Shown here in pieces: positions 12,626 through 24,415 of a DNA stretch of 64,000 nt. The first letter of the stretch is position 1. Each line of letters begins with the position of its first letter. Source of the stretch: Takakia lepidozioides (taxonomy: Eukaryota; Plantae; Bryophyta). The translations under genes were made by a program, and so were the position numbers. The notes beneath the pieces are model-generated. The model did no database searches. It was not told the origin of the DNA and worked only from the letters and a program-made list of their open reading frames with translations. Location of the stretch: positions 67,022,001-67,086,000 of the forward strand of contig CM060733.1 in NCBI GenBank assembly GCA_030704615.1, given 5' to 3'.

Positions 12626-15552
12626 CACTACAGTAGATGCAACTGTTCATTTGCACCGACATGAAGCATGTGACGAAGCTTATGCCAATTGGAAGCATTA
12701 GACTGAAGTCATTGTCGGATGCCAGTTGGAAGCATTCTGAAGTCATTGTCAGATGTCCTCCAGATGCAGTATTGTCCTCTCCCGCAGTACCACCAACACA
12801 AAGTTTCAGCAGGAACAGACAAGTTTGGGTGTTTCAGAAAATCGAGGACATTTAGAAGTTTGTATCAATGGTGACTTGAAGGAAGGGTGTCTCCCCACAT
12901 GGATGCACCTGAAGGTAAGTCCTGACCTTGCGACATAGTAATGCACCTACCATCTTACAGCTTGTGTAGGCAACTCTGTAATATGGTAATGAAGGGCAAT
13001 CTGTGGAGTGACACTTAATGGTGAGGTGGAATTGCACTTTGGCTGTTCACATTATGGCCGTACAGGGGCCTCTTAGATGAGTCAAGCGTTTGTACTATGG
13101 GAGTATCTCTTACATAGCCATCATCCAATTTTATCCTGGATTATGCAAGAACTCCATCTTTGGGCTTGTCAAAGCAGATCAGCAAATCAGAGCCGGCATT
13201 ACTAGTGGATTGGTTGAGATGCAGCGTTTTTTTTTTTCATTTAAGAACTTGAGCCACGTTGGCTCTTGGCTAGCCTATGAGGAAGATCAATTGACGACTT
13301 TGTGGCATGTGATCTCGAACCGGTGGCTACTGTCAAGAATGTTTGATGAGTTTTATGCGAACTCAACTCATGTAGTGTTCGGTTTATGGGAGCGACAATG
13401 GAGGTAATTTTTTCTAAGTAACAACGACACTGCATCTTGCAAAGCCTAGCACAACTCTGTCACATGGATACAATCCATTGACAAATATGACTAATCTTGT
13501 ACAAGATCAGCAACTCTGCTCAAAGCCTTATGTGACAGTGCAAGAGACGGTGCAAGTCTGCTTAAATGGAGGTGCATGACACGGATACTAGGCGGGTAAG
13601 CGAAACCTAAATGAGAGTTCCCTCCATAGCTTGACCCCTTGGCGAAAGCGGGAAGAGTTTCACCCCAAGGCTTTGCTCCTTGCGCAAGCAGGGTGGTAGG
13701 GTTTCTAGAAATCGATAGGCAAGATCATCTGGATCTAACGAACCAAATGGCATGTGGCTCTTTCCCTGTGTGACGGTTGTACAAGCGACATCCTCATTGC
13801 ATCGACATGATGGCATTAGGGAGGGCAATAATGCAAAACAGTGCCATATTTTAACCCATAACTCCTTTGTAAATTTCGTGAGGCCAATTTCTGGATCGAA
13901 AAGTGGCGAAATTTCGCGCATAAAAAAAATGCTGTTGAGATGTCTCTTGATGTCAAGGCACGGGATGTGCCCAAATGTTAGTCCCCAGAAGATAAGTTCC
14001 TGTCTATTTGGCCACCCCTGGATAGCCCAGCCCCCCTACTTGGGGTACACATGCATGGTTTGTTATTTACAGGTTTGGTGCCATTATTGTTACTATGCTA
14101 GAATGGGCGTACTTATGGGCCCTTGACTAATGTTTGCATACACAGTGGGTGGGGCATTTATGAGCCATGGCCTCTTGAAGCTTGGTTGACTGATGGATAA
14201 ACCTTGCAGAGAGTCTTGTTCTATTGGAACACAGGATAAGTGCTCAAGCTGTCTATTGCCTTTAAGCATTATAAAATGTATTCGTAGACCATTCATGATG
14301 TGGAATTATATCCACATATTATTATTTTTGTTTTTGAGAAAATCCAAAATTTTACTGATAGGAGGGAAAAATTTAAACCCTCGTGATGTCATAAAGCATA
14401 AAACTTCAACTTCGTCAATCACCGCCGGAAGTAGGTGAGGGCGAACCCATCTCCAAAAAAAACACCACCAACGAGCTGGGAAAAGGCTAAGACAGGGGAA
14501 CTATTGGGAATGCAAGAAGTCGTGGCCATAGTTGACTTAGAGACTAACGAGGATAGATTGGTGAGTATCAAAATTGGAATGAATATTTGACTCTCCAAGC
14601 TCTTGAAGGTGTTATGCACATTTTAGTGCAAGTACTAAATTGTAAGAGACCTGAATTGCGGGGTGCAGCAAAGCTTCCACGACATTTAAATTGTCCCATG
14701 TCTTGGTGCTAAAGAATTAAAGATGAGCTAATCCTACTGTATATTACTTTATTGGCAATAATTGTCCAGATGCATTATGACATATGAAGACAATGCATGT
14801 TAGGTCTTAGAGTGAGCAGTTAAACTTCTACCAATAATGTGGTGACATCAGAATTGACATGAGGGGAGCTTGACATTTACTGTTTCTTTATCTTCTTTAT
14901 ATAGTTTGCATGGGTAAAGATCCGCTGACAAAGATTCACCATCATGTTTCCTTGTCTGTTTCTGCTAACAGGTTTGGGCAGCGGAGTCTCTGCTACCTGA
15001 TGTGATATCAAATTGTTCACACCAACTGTTTATATGGCGTTTATCTGCCTTTTTTGAACTAGAATCGCAAGGCATATGCTGTTTCGATCTTCCCCCTCCC
15101 TCCTATACAGATGGCCCTTAACGAAATTGTATTTGCTTTGGCCAATGTGTGGCTTGGGTTGGAGGCTGTGTTTTTGACATGGTGTGGGGACTTGCTGTGG
15201 TCCTAGTTGACTTTACGTATAGGGTAGATTATGCTGTTGAACTGAGGGTTATGCTATCTCAAACAATTTGTTTGGTTCTGCAAAAGATAATGATAAACTG
15301 TGTTTATTTGCTCAAGTAATCTTGATCATGAATGTTGCCTGCCATTTGTGAATATTAAGGTGGTAGCTCTGCACCTGGATATGCCAACATCTACTGATTT
15401 TTAGGTTGAATGTGCACCTTGGATTATTGTAAATACTAAACATTGAGTTTAATATTTTGAAAGAGGAGGTTCATTGTATGGAATCCAAGGGCTTGGTTCC
15501 GGTTTTCAATGCTTGCTAGATTATGAGGTTGGTTGGTTCTGAGACATTGCAG

Positions 15553-16358
15553 CAATGCGAGTGATACGCTGGATAAACTGTACTTTCTAAGTGTTATGGA
15601 CCCCGACTTGATGGCAGCTAATCCCAATTTGGAGATTCGCATTCAGCCTAACTCTGGCATCATCACAATATCGTGAGCTCTTAGTTTCCTTTGTTGGTGG
15701 CCCTCTAGTGTTGTAGATGCTTTTGGATGCAGATACATGCTGAGATGATATATTTGGATTATCATGTAGTGGAGGGTAGTGCATGTCGGCAACATGCTTA
15801 TTATCGCTCATTCTAGTTTCAAAACCTTGGTTTCACTCCCTGTACTGCCGGTTATCTGAGCTGTGACTGACTTTTTGTGTTTAAGCCTAGAGTATTTTTT
15901 CCACTTCAAAGCCTATTGCAGTTGTTTTGGTACATATAAGCTTGAGCGTCTTGGAATCTTCCATATTAGGTGCTGAAATGCCTAGTGTGAATTCCAGGGA
16001 TACGGGCATTGGGATGACACAAGAAGAGCTGGTGGACAGCTTGGGTACCATTGCCCAGAGTTGGATAGCCAAATTCCTGCTGGCCTTGAAGGTGGATGTC
16101 CTCATACCGTCTTTGCTGCTATTTAGATTCTAAAAGTACATAGTTGAGATGGCACCTGTCATTTCAAAATTATTGATAGAGTTCAATGTTTTGAATATCT
16201 TCAAAGACATTTGGGATTCTCTGTTTAATGATAATTGTTGTCTGATGTATGTTGCGGGGTGAATGCAGGAAAGTAAGGAGGGGGGTGCCAGCGGTGATAG
16301 TAACTTGATTGGAAAATTTGGTGTGGGTCTCTACTCGGCATTTCTGGTGGCTGACAAG
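15553..16358 (+). pseudogene. HSP90: Organellar-type HSP90 (HSP90.5/90.6-like) ATPase-domain fragment; 3 exons (15553-15672, 15998-16091, 16269-16358)
   Basis: NASDTLDKLYFLSV...LEIRIQP / DTGIGMTQEELVDSLGTIAQS / SNLIGKFGVGLYSAFLVADK joined by GT-AG introns. No flanking HSP90 exons seen, and conserved residues are substituted. Confidence 0.88.
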
Positions 16359-17658
16359 GTGATTTGGAGCATTTTTGTCTTGCTTTTCCTTCTGAATGTA
16401 TTTCTGACAATTTTTTTTTCCTATGAAGACTGATGTTACCATGGAACTATTTTGTTCATATCTGTTGAACAGTTGCATTTTAGGTTGGTTTGGGTTTTCC
16501 TTTTTTGTGTTGGTGCTGTAGCTTTGAAAATTGATTTCACATGTGATTGCACTCTCAGACCCGGGACATTTCTGGAGAATTTGCTAAAATACTTTAGTGC
16601 CCCTGTCTATGTAAGACAAGTCCATTCTTACGAAGTGGGTATCAATCCCTCTTCCCGTAAGTTTGTTTACCAAATGGTTGGATGATGGACTTGCTTTGTC
16701 TGTTGTGCATCTTTTGGGGATCTGGGCAGGTGACTATAGCTACTCAGAGTGCCAAGTCAAACAAGCAGTTTGTGTGGGAAAGGGCAGCCAGACGATATGC
16801 TTATTTCTCCAAAAGTGTTGCATAGATGCATGTATGCACTACATTAAACCAATCAAAGTGGTTGTGAACGTGTTCTTGCATTTGGTACGCGTAATGATGT
16901 GGATAGTTGGTTGCAGGTGCCTTGCACTTTCAGGAGAGGGGGGGTCCAGACTAACTCAACCTCAAAGTTTGATCATGGAAGATATCAAAACCCCAATTTT
17001 GCATATCAAATACCCTTACAGGCAGTTGCAGAGCGAGAGATTGCATGTGTTATCTTGGGAGGTATCTTCAGAGTCAAATTTGCTCTTGCTTGTGTTCAGG
17101 TGCTGGTATTGTGATTGTTTGGCTTCTCCCATGAAGTGGCATGGTTTATCTCAGTCAAATGCACGTCTACTATAGGTGCCAAAGCAGCTTTGTTGTGTGG
17201 GGTTTGACATGATGTTCCCACCCTCTGGTTGGAACGGTAGTGTGAGTTTCATCTTACTTTGCTCCTCTCTTAAAAGTAAGAAAGGTGCTCAGGGGACAAG
17301 ATGTTGCAGAGGAACAAAGTTGGGCATGAGTTTTTTCAACGAACATGAAGATTGCAAGCCATATGTTTTGATTTAGTCGTTTAGTTTTTTGTGGTGCAAA
17401 TCCAAGCCTGGAATGGGATGTTGCTTTTACTGAGTTTTAGGTGTGATATCCAAGGGAGACAAAATAATTTGAAGTGCATCGTTCATTGCTCGCACTATTC
17501 TGGTGTGGTATCTATGGTGTTTCTCAGTCTGCGTGCCTAATCCTTCTTCCTCATCTTTGTTCAGCTTGCGGTTCGTTCATACTAGGCATTTTCTGCTATG
17601 AGCTTTTGAGAAATCAAGTGAATGGTATGCAAGATTCCCTGATAATCATTTCCTAACC

Positions 17659-17922
17659 TGGAATGGCCTTAGTACAACGTTCCAAAATAGGTTCAGGACA
17701 AGCAAAATTGAGGATGAAGTGTATGGGAGTTTACAACAGTTAAAGCAAAAGAAGCATGAAACTGTTGAAGAGTACATGGAAAAGATGGAGTTGATGATGA
17801 AAAAGTTGGCTGCTGTGCCAGCACCAGGGTTACAAAAGACCTGGTTTGTGAGTGGGTTAAGACCGGAATTACAAAAGAAAGTGGATATGCTACCCCATAA
17901 TACGGTGGAGGAGGCATTCGCA
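17659..17922 (+). mobile_element. Ty3/gypsy gag fragment
   Basis: WNGLSTTFQNRF...LQQLKQKKHETVEEY...WFVSGLRPEL (Retrotrans_gag pattern). Confidence 0.8.
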
Positions 17923-18093
17923 GGACAACCCCCGAACCTACCTCAGCATCCGAACCTACCTCCAATATCCTCTGATCCGGGGACATCGATCTGGGCTTTC
18001 TGCATTCATCTCTAGTGGTGGCATTGTAGAACTCTCATTTTTTCTGGAGCAAGACTGCATTCACTAACCATTTTATTCTGCCCTCCTCTCCAG

Positions 18094-19853
18094 AGGTTTT
18101 ATGTTACTGAGGATGACATCAAGAGCTTGCCATGCTGTCAGGTCAGTGAAATTTCTCCGCAGTTGCTTTTCTGAACCTGTGTGCCTGAACTGAGCTTCTG
18201 AAACACTCATTAGAATATTTTGCAAGGCAGTGAACACTTTTGTGCCCTTTCTTGTGAGTCATGTATCTCACAACACAATATCAGGTATTATGTTTCAAAC
18301 AGAATGAGACGCTTATTGCTATCAAAGCTCCACATGGCACCACTCTTGAGGTCCCTGACCCTGATGTGGTAAAACCTTAGTCACATCCTTCTGATAGATA
18401 ATCTGAATGCCAATCACACATAATGTTCAGGGGCAAAGTCCGTTTGTCTGTAATCTACTAGTCTGTTTCTTCCTTTCTGTGTTCAAGGCATGTAAGTGGC
18501 AGACTCAGTAGTTTTGCAGAGTACGAAAGATTGATAGGGTCTGGAAAGGTTGTTGCTTACTGACATGGTGAAATATCGATGCTTCAGGCGGAGTACCCAC
18601 AATGACGCTTCCAGATTTTGCTCTACAGTACCATGGGCCCCATCGATGTTTACCTGGTCAGGTGTGTTTATGTCTGTTAGATGCAAAAGTATGCAACACT
18701 TTTGCTCTTTGAGGCCACTTTGGAGGGCAATAAGAGTCATTCTGTGCATGAGGATACTGTCTTCGGCAGATTACCATCCTGAAGAAGTGTGAGAGGATGT
18801 AACTTGTGTGCCTTGGATCTCTGGGCATGTGTATAGTGGTTGTGGTTCTTGCAGCTACTGCTGGGTGTGAATTATGAACTCTCATTAGCATTAATCAGAT
18901 GATTAGTACAATTCATTTCTTAAACCATCAGTTGTCCTTGCAGATTGAGCACTGTTGAAGTTATCACAACACCATTGCATAATTTTCATTTTCAATTGCC
19001 ACATATACATGATAAAGGATAGACTGCTTATTACTTTGGGATGCTTGTGGCAGTCGGTTTGAAGGGAAGTTTGAAGAGATGAATGCAACTGAGATGCCAG
19101 TAGAGCTTCATCCTATGCCTCTGATGACAACACTGTCTCCATCTGCCATGGCAATGGGTCATCATGACGGTGGCATGCCCATTGGACCAGAGGTGGGGCA
19201 TCCCATGTCAGATTTGGGGCATCCTGGCAGTCATGACACAGCTTCTCCAAGCTCTGAACCCACCAGCCCACAACATGATTTTGTGGGTGGAATTATGAGA
19301 ATTACACCTGCCGAAGTGAATGTGAGTGGATCCTACTTCTGTGTAAGGAATGTTGTTCACACTATCATGTGGCTAGATGGTTGTGGGGGATTTTCAGGTC
19401 CAGCTGTTGTAATGATAGTGTAGCAACTCGTCAATGTTGTGATTATAGTATGTTCTGCCTTGTGCTTTCAGATACATCCATATCAGGTGCTTGAATGAAA
19501 GCCTCTTTCATGATTGTGCTCATTAGTATAAATGCTTGGGATGGTGCTAAGCAGAGCACATTCACTGGCTTATGCCTGTGAGCATTTCTGTAGTGACACC
19601 TCAAAGGATTGTGCAATAGCAAGCTCTCATCTTTGCAGCTGTGGTGCATTCACTATTGAAGTTCCTCTATTGCAGCTAAAGAACGTGCATTTGGTCTTCG
19701 CAGTTGGCCTCGACTGTCATAGGCTTGAATGTTTGATTTCATATTGTAGCAACATTTACTTACAGATCTCAGTGGGGTATCACTGCAGACAGATACAGAC
19801 TATTGGTTGCTGTCCGATGCAGGCGTTGGCATCACCAATATGTGGAGATCGTA
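18094..19853 (+). pseudogene. E2F: E2F (E2Fa/b-type) C-terminal fragment; 5 exons (18094-18141, 18303-18368, 18588-18661, 19054-19321, 19789-~19853)
   Basis: VTEDDIKSLPC / NETLIAIKAPHGTTLEVPDPD (marked box) / YPQ*RFQILLYSTMGPIDVYLVS / GGIMRITP / DYWLLSDAGVGITNMW (RBR-binding motif). Premature TGA at 18603; no DNA-binding domain upstream. Confidence 0.9.
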
Positions 19854-21199
19854 TCATTCTTATTCCATCCCACATGGATTGACGTCTTGTTTACTCCTGT
19901 CCTCCAGTGAAAATGTATGTTTACAATGTGTATGCAGCTTGTATCAGTCGATATCTTACTGTCTGTTTCCTTTGGATCTATCCATCACGGATATTCTAGG
20001 GGAGGAGCTAGAATCTGCCAATATTTTGCAAACAGTGGCCTCAGGTTCCATCATGGATATCTGGGGGAGAAGGAAGTTATGGAGCTAGAATCTGCCAATA
20101 TTTTGCAAATAATGACCTTAGGTGGCATCGCATGAGCTACATCAAGTTGTGTGCCAAGCCTCAACTTTCAAGTGTAGTTGGCCGTCTTTATCATTGGCTT
20201 CCTCACACAGGTCTGTTGGACAAGGGACAGAGTCATCTGAAGGTATACTTCTCTTGTATGTGGCTTTTTGTACTCAAATATTTGCAGTGATTTCAAAACA
20301 GCCCAGAATTGAGTGGATTCTAAGAGGAAACATTTTCCATTCATCACTCTGAAATTTGCTTGGCACGCTTCACGGGGACATTCGTACAGCTGCACAGGCT
20401 CGTGTTCCCCGCTTCCAGTTAGGGAAGATGCTGATGATCTAGATGTGGCTGTTGAAGTTGAGTTATTCATCACTCTGAAATTTCATGGCATGCTTCAGGG
20501 GGCGGTTTTTGCAGTTGCATAGGTTCCTTGCCACCGCTTCCAATGAGGCTCGTCTCAGTGGTGGGCCCTGGGGTAGCCGACTGTCTCAAGGACAACAATG
20601 CACCCGTATGGCTGCTGAGCGATGTGCACTCCACCTCTTCCAACTCCCTCGGGGTACATATTGGATATTCACATTGGATATTCAATTGTGGAATGTGTCG
20701 GCTTTAAAACAGAGAATTAGCTTTTAGCACACCTGGCCTTAGTTGAAGTACACACCTAGCCGCATTGACCCCATAGCAAGATGTTCAAAGATTTTTAGCC
20801 CATTAGGGTTTCATTAACGTCAGTTTCAGGAAAACAATTTCTGAAGTACATACATGTAGGGTTCAAAGGGTGTGTACTTGGTCTTCATGGCCGATAAACG
20901 TTGTATTGCAAGTTTTAAATTGAGTAAACTTGTGACCAACTCTATCAAGCCTACTGCCACCATGGTGAAGGTTTGCTGTAGGACTTCATTGACATTTCAA
21001 CTGTTTTAATACTAAATGAACATTAGGGTGAAAAAAGTCTTGACATGACCAAAGCATTATTTATGTCATAAAGAGGATGACACAAATTTCACACGACTTC
21101 GTTTGGAGCGGTTATGTGATGTGAGGAGTGTCAAAATGATGTCCATGTGATGTGCACTAATATGATATGTAGTTTGTCATTTATTCGTGTAGATTTAGT

Positions 21200-21436
21200 T
21201 ACAAATTCCACATGACAAATTGCATTCAACCTTCGTACAAGTATCGTACGAGGCCAATGTACACGGATTTCGCACGTTACCGACGTTGAAATCGGAAACA
21301 GCACACTCGTGTATTAAGCACACGGAAATAAGGTTTGTCAATAAGTTGCGAAATCCGTGCGATTAAGGTACGAACCCTTGAAAATCCGGATTTTGCACAG
21401 CAAAGATAAAAAATCCGTGGCTCGGGATCTTTGAGA
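21200..21436 (-). mobile_element. Terminus of an unclassified element with CACGGA/TCCGTG subterminal motifs (possible Helitron 5' end)
   Basis: Terminal aaaaatccgtgrctcgggatctttgaga is shared with ~52588-52615; the minus strand begins A|TC. Confidence 0.45.
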
Positions 21437-22357
21437 TGCAGACCCTGCAATTCGGGAGATCTCCATGTCATTGTTCCAACAAAGCCCACTTAGCTATTTT
21501 GCAATCTCCCTTGTCGAGGCTTCATATATTGATATATTCACTTTGCTATTTTTCGCGAATTTCCAGCGACCAAAAGTACTTGAAATTCCAAATCTCCCAC
21601 ATGAAGGGCGAATTTCCAGCGACCCAAAGCACTTGAAATTCCACATCTCCCACACCGTGGGTCCAAAAATTATGAGACCAAACCGGTGCATCCCTCCTCA
21701 TCGAGGGCTTTCCAACGGCACCAAGCACCAGGGCTGGGGCCCCGCGGTTTGGGAGATCTCAACGACGCTACAAAACAAAACAAAACAAAATAAACGTCTC
21801 GATTCATATATTGACTAGGGTAGCCTATGCCGTTGGCCCAAGTGTCCAGTGTCATCTAAGTCCAAGTGCAATCCCATATGTATGCAGAGACCTTCCGTTT
21901 GGGAGATCTAGGCCTAGGGTAGCCTGTGCCATTGGCCCATGTGTGAAGAATTGAAAACTAAGCCCAAGTGCAATCTAAATGTACCAAAGTGCTTCTCTCA
22001 TTTAGAGGCCCAAGTGCGACCTCCAGTGTCCAATATCATCTAAGTCCAAGTGCAATCCCCTATGCATCCAGAGATCCTACAGTTTTGGAGATCTCCACGT
22101 CGTTGTTCCAACAAAGCCAACTTTGCTATTTTTGCAATCTCCCTTGTCGAGGCTTTATATATCGATATATCCACTTTGCTATTTTTCGCGAATTTCTAGC
22201 AACCAAAAGTACTTGAAATTCCAAATCTCCCACATGAAGGGCCAATCATCGCTTTAGGAAAGCCCACTTTGCTATTTTTCAAAGTACTTGAAATTCCATA
22301 TCTCCCACACCGTAGGTCCAAAAATCATGAGACCAAGCCGGTGCACCCCTCCTCATC

Positions 22358-23501
22358 CAGGAATGCTATTCCGTGAGCCTAGATGTGTGAGATTGAGAGC
22401 TGCGAGCTTGTATTCGTGAGCATAGGCTCACGAATGGGAAAACCCCATATTCCCGCGGATTACATATTGAATACCGGAAGACCTATGACCGTGTAGCCTT
22501 ACGACGAAAGAACCCCATATTCCCGCGGATGTTTTTAAAGTGATATAAGATGTCTAACTACAACTATGCACCTTGAGATGATTGCAGACAATTTTGTTGC
22601 TCAATGGAGGAGGCCATGACCCATCTCAGTGAAATGAGTTGGAACATTCTTCATGCGATAGGGGCCCAGCATGCGAGATGGAAACGATACTGTCCCGAAA
22701 GGATGTTCTGCTGACTTAACACCAGCAGGTGGTTGAGACAAAATGGTCATCTGTCCTGAAGCCTGAGTAGAACTATCAGGTGCTGCTACTGAAGGTTGTG
22801 GAACATACGCATAGGGTTTAGGATTAACATGTTAAAGAAAACTGGGGTTTGACCATTTAATGTATGCATAGGCGCATACAGTTCGAAATGACTTCAACTA
22901 AGGTATGCGCAGGCACATATAGTTTTAGGGAAGCTCTAGTCTCAGACATCAATGTGTTCATTTCGGGTATAAGTAGGCGCATACAAGTTTTCATGGCAAA
23001 ATGAATATCAGACAACAGTGTCATCAGTGTGTTCATTTCCGGTATAAGCAAACGCATACAGGTTTTCAGGACAACATGAATCTCAAACAACAGTGCCCTT
23101 AGTGTGCTCAATTTGGGTATAAGTAGGCGCATACATGTATTCATGGCGAAATGAAACTCAGACAACAGTGCCCTTAGTATATTCATTTTGGGTATAAGCA
23201 AACGCATACAAGTTTCTATGGCGACATGTATCTCAGACAATAGTGTTTTTTTTTTTTTTTTTTTTTTCCCCTTCAAAACAGGGGACAGTGGCCCTCATAT
23301 TTCGTATGCGCCGGCAGATACCCGTTTTCTTAAATAAAATAAAAATCCTATAATTTCTTTTCGGCCAAATCTGAAATAATTGTTTTTCATAAACAATGAG
23401 TGAATGACATAATAAGAAAAATAGTATTTATTTTGGAATAATATATATTGATGTCAATTTTGAATCTGAATATATATATAGTCATATATTGATAATTTTT
23501 A

Positions 23502-23534
<33 letters not shown>

Positions 23535-24113
23535 GACGCCTCCCGAAGGAAGCCACATATTGGTATATATATTTCTACCTTCATATCAGTTTAAGTATCC
23601 TAGATAAATTTTTATTGAAATGAGATAAAATGACATATTAAAATAAAATAAAATAAATATTTAGTCTTTCTGGTCCACTGTCTGATCCTACAAAATATGG
23701 GTATGAGTTTCTATTCGGATTTTAATCATCAAAGTCAGAATGATGATATGGGATGTGTAAGAAATAAATAGATTCTTCTGATATTTGATTCATTGTTTTT
23801 TATGACCAATTTGTTGTCTTTAGTGTCAACCAAATGCATTCATTGATCTCAATGTGTTCCATTTGTACATCTAATCCAATCTTTTGGTATAGTTTGAAAT
23901 ACATTTTTTGTCATTGTTGAATTGTCATTTTTTGGCTTCCTCGGATATAAGGTCGCTATACAGTAATCCGCGGAAATACGTCCCATTTCTTAATGTTTTG
24001 ACTTCCCATCCATGCTCATAATCATATATAATTTATATCATGGGCTCACGATTTCCAGCGCACCGCTCACCGCTCTATGCTCACCACTCATTCAGCTGTC
24101 CACACAAACACTA
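22358..24113. mobile_element. Putative non-autonomous DNA transposon(s), hAT-like, inserted in the Helitron array
   Basis: Interrupts the array; GTGAGC/GCTCAC subterminal motifs at both ends; AT-rich core; TIRs match poorly. Confidence 0.4.
22920..23245. repeat. ~63-bp minisatellite (about 5 copies)
   Basis: Repeated gggtataagyarrcgcataca...tcagacaacagtg; appears as 21-aa repeats in ORF 22857..23276. Confidence 0.85.
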
Positions 24114-24114
24114 C

Positions 24115-24415
24115 ATCCTTCATCCTTCTTCAAAAGCTTGCTCAATGGTGCCGCCATCTGTGCATACCGTCGGACAAACCTTCTATAATAGCTAGTTTGT
24201 CCAAGGAATCTCCTTAGACTTTTAACATTTCCTGGTGGTGGTGAGGCTTTAATGGCCTCTGTCTTTCTGGGATCCACAAGCAGTCCCCTCTTACACACAA
24301 TGTGTCCCAAGCGTACCCCTAAGTTCACACAGAAAGTACACTTCTTTGGATTCAGACCCAGACCTCTCATCCTGCATTTGGCCAAACATAATTCCAACTT
24401 ATGCAAGTGCTCATC
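24115..24415 (-). mobile_element. Ty3/gypsy reverse transcriptase C-terminal fragment
   Basis: EHLHKLELCL...LNPKKCTF...LGHIV...LRRFLGQTSYYRRFV...PLSKLLKKD. Confidence 0.9.

Noticed and set aside
15553-19853. Functional HSP90 or E2F genes
   Set aside because: Both are partial, with substituted conserved residues or a premature stop. Stop repair by organellar-type editing is not expected for nuclear transcripts.
22857-23276. 21-aa repeat protein ORF
   Set aside because: It is the translation of a 63-bp minisatellite that starts in a homopolymer run.
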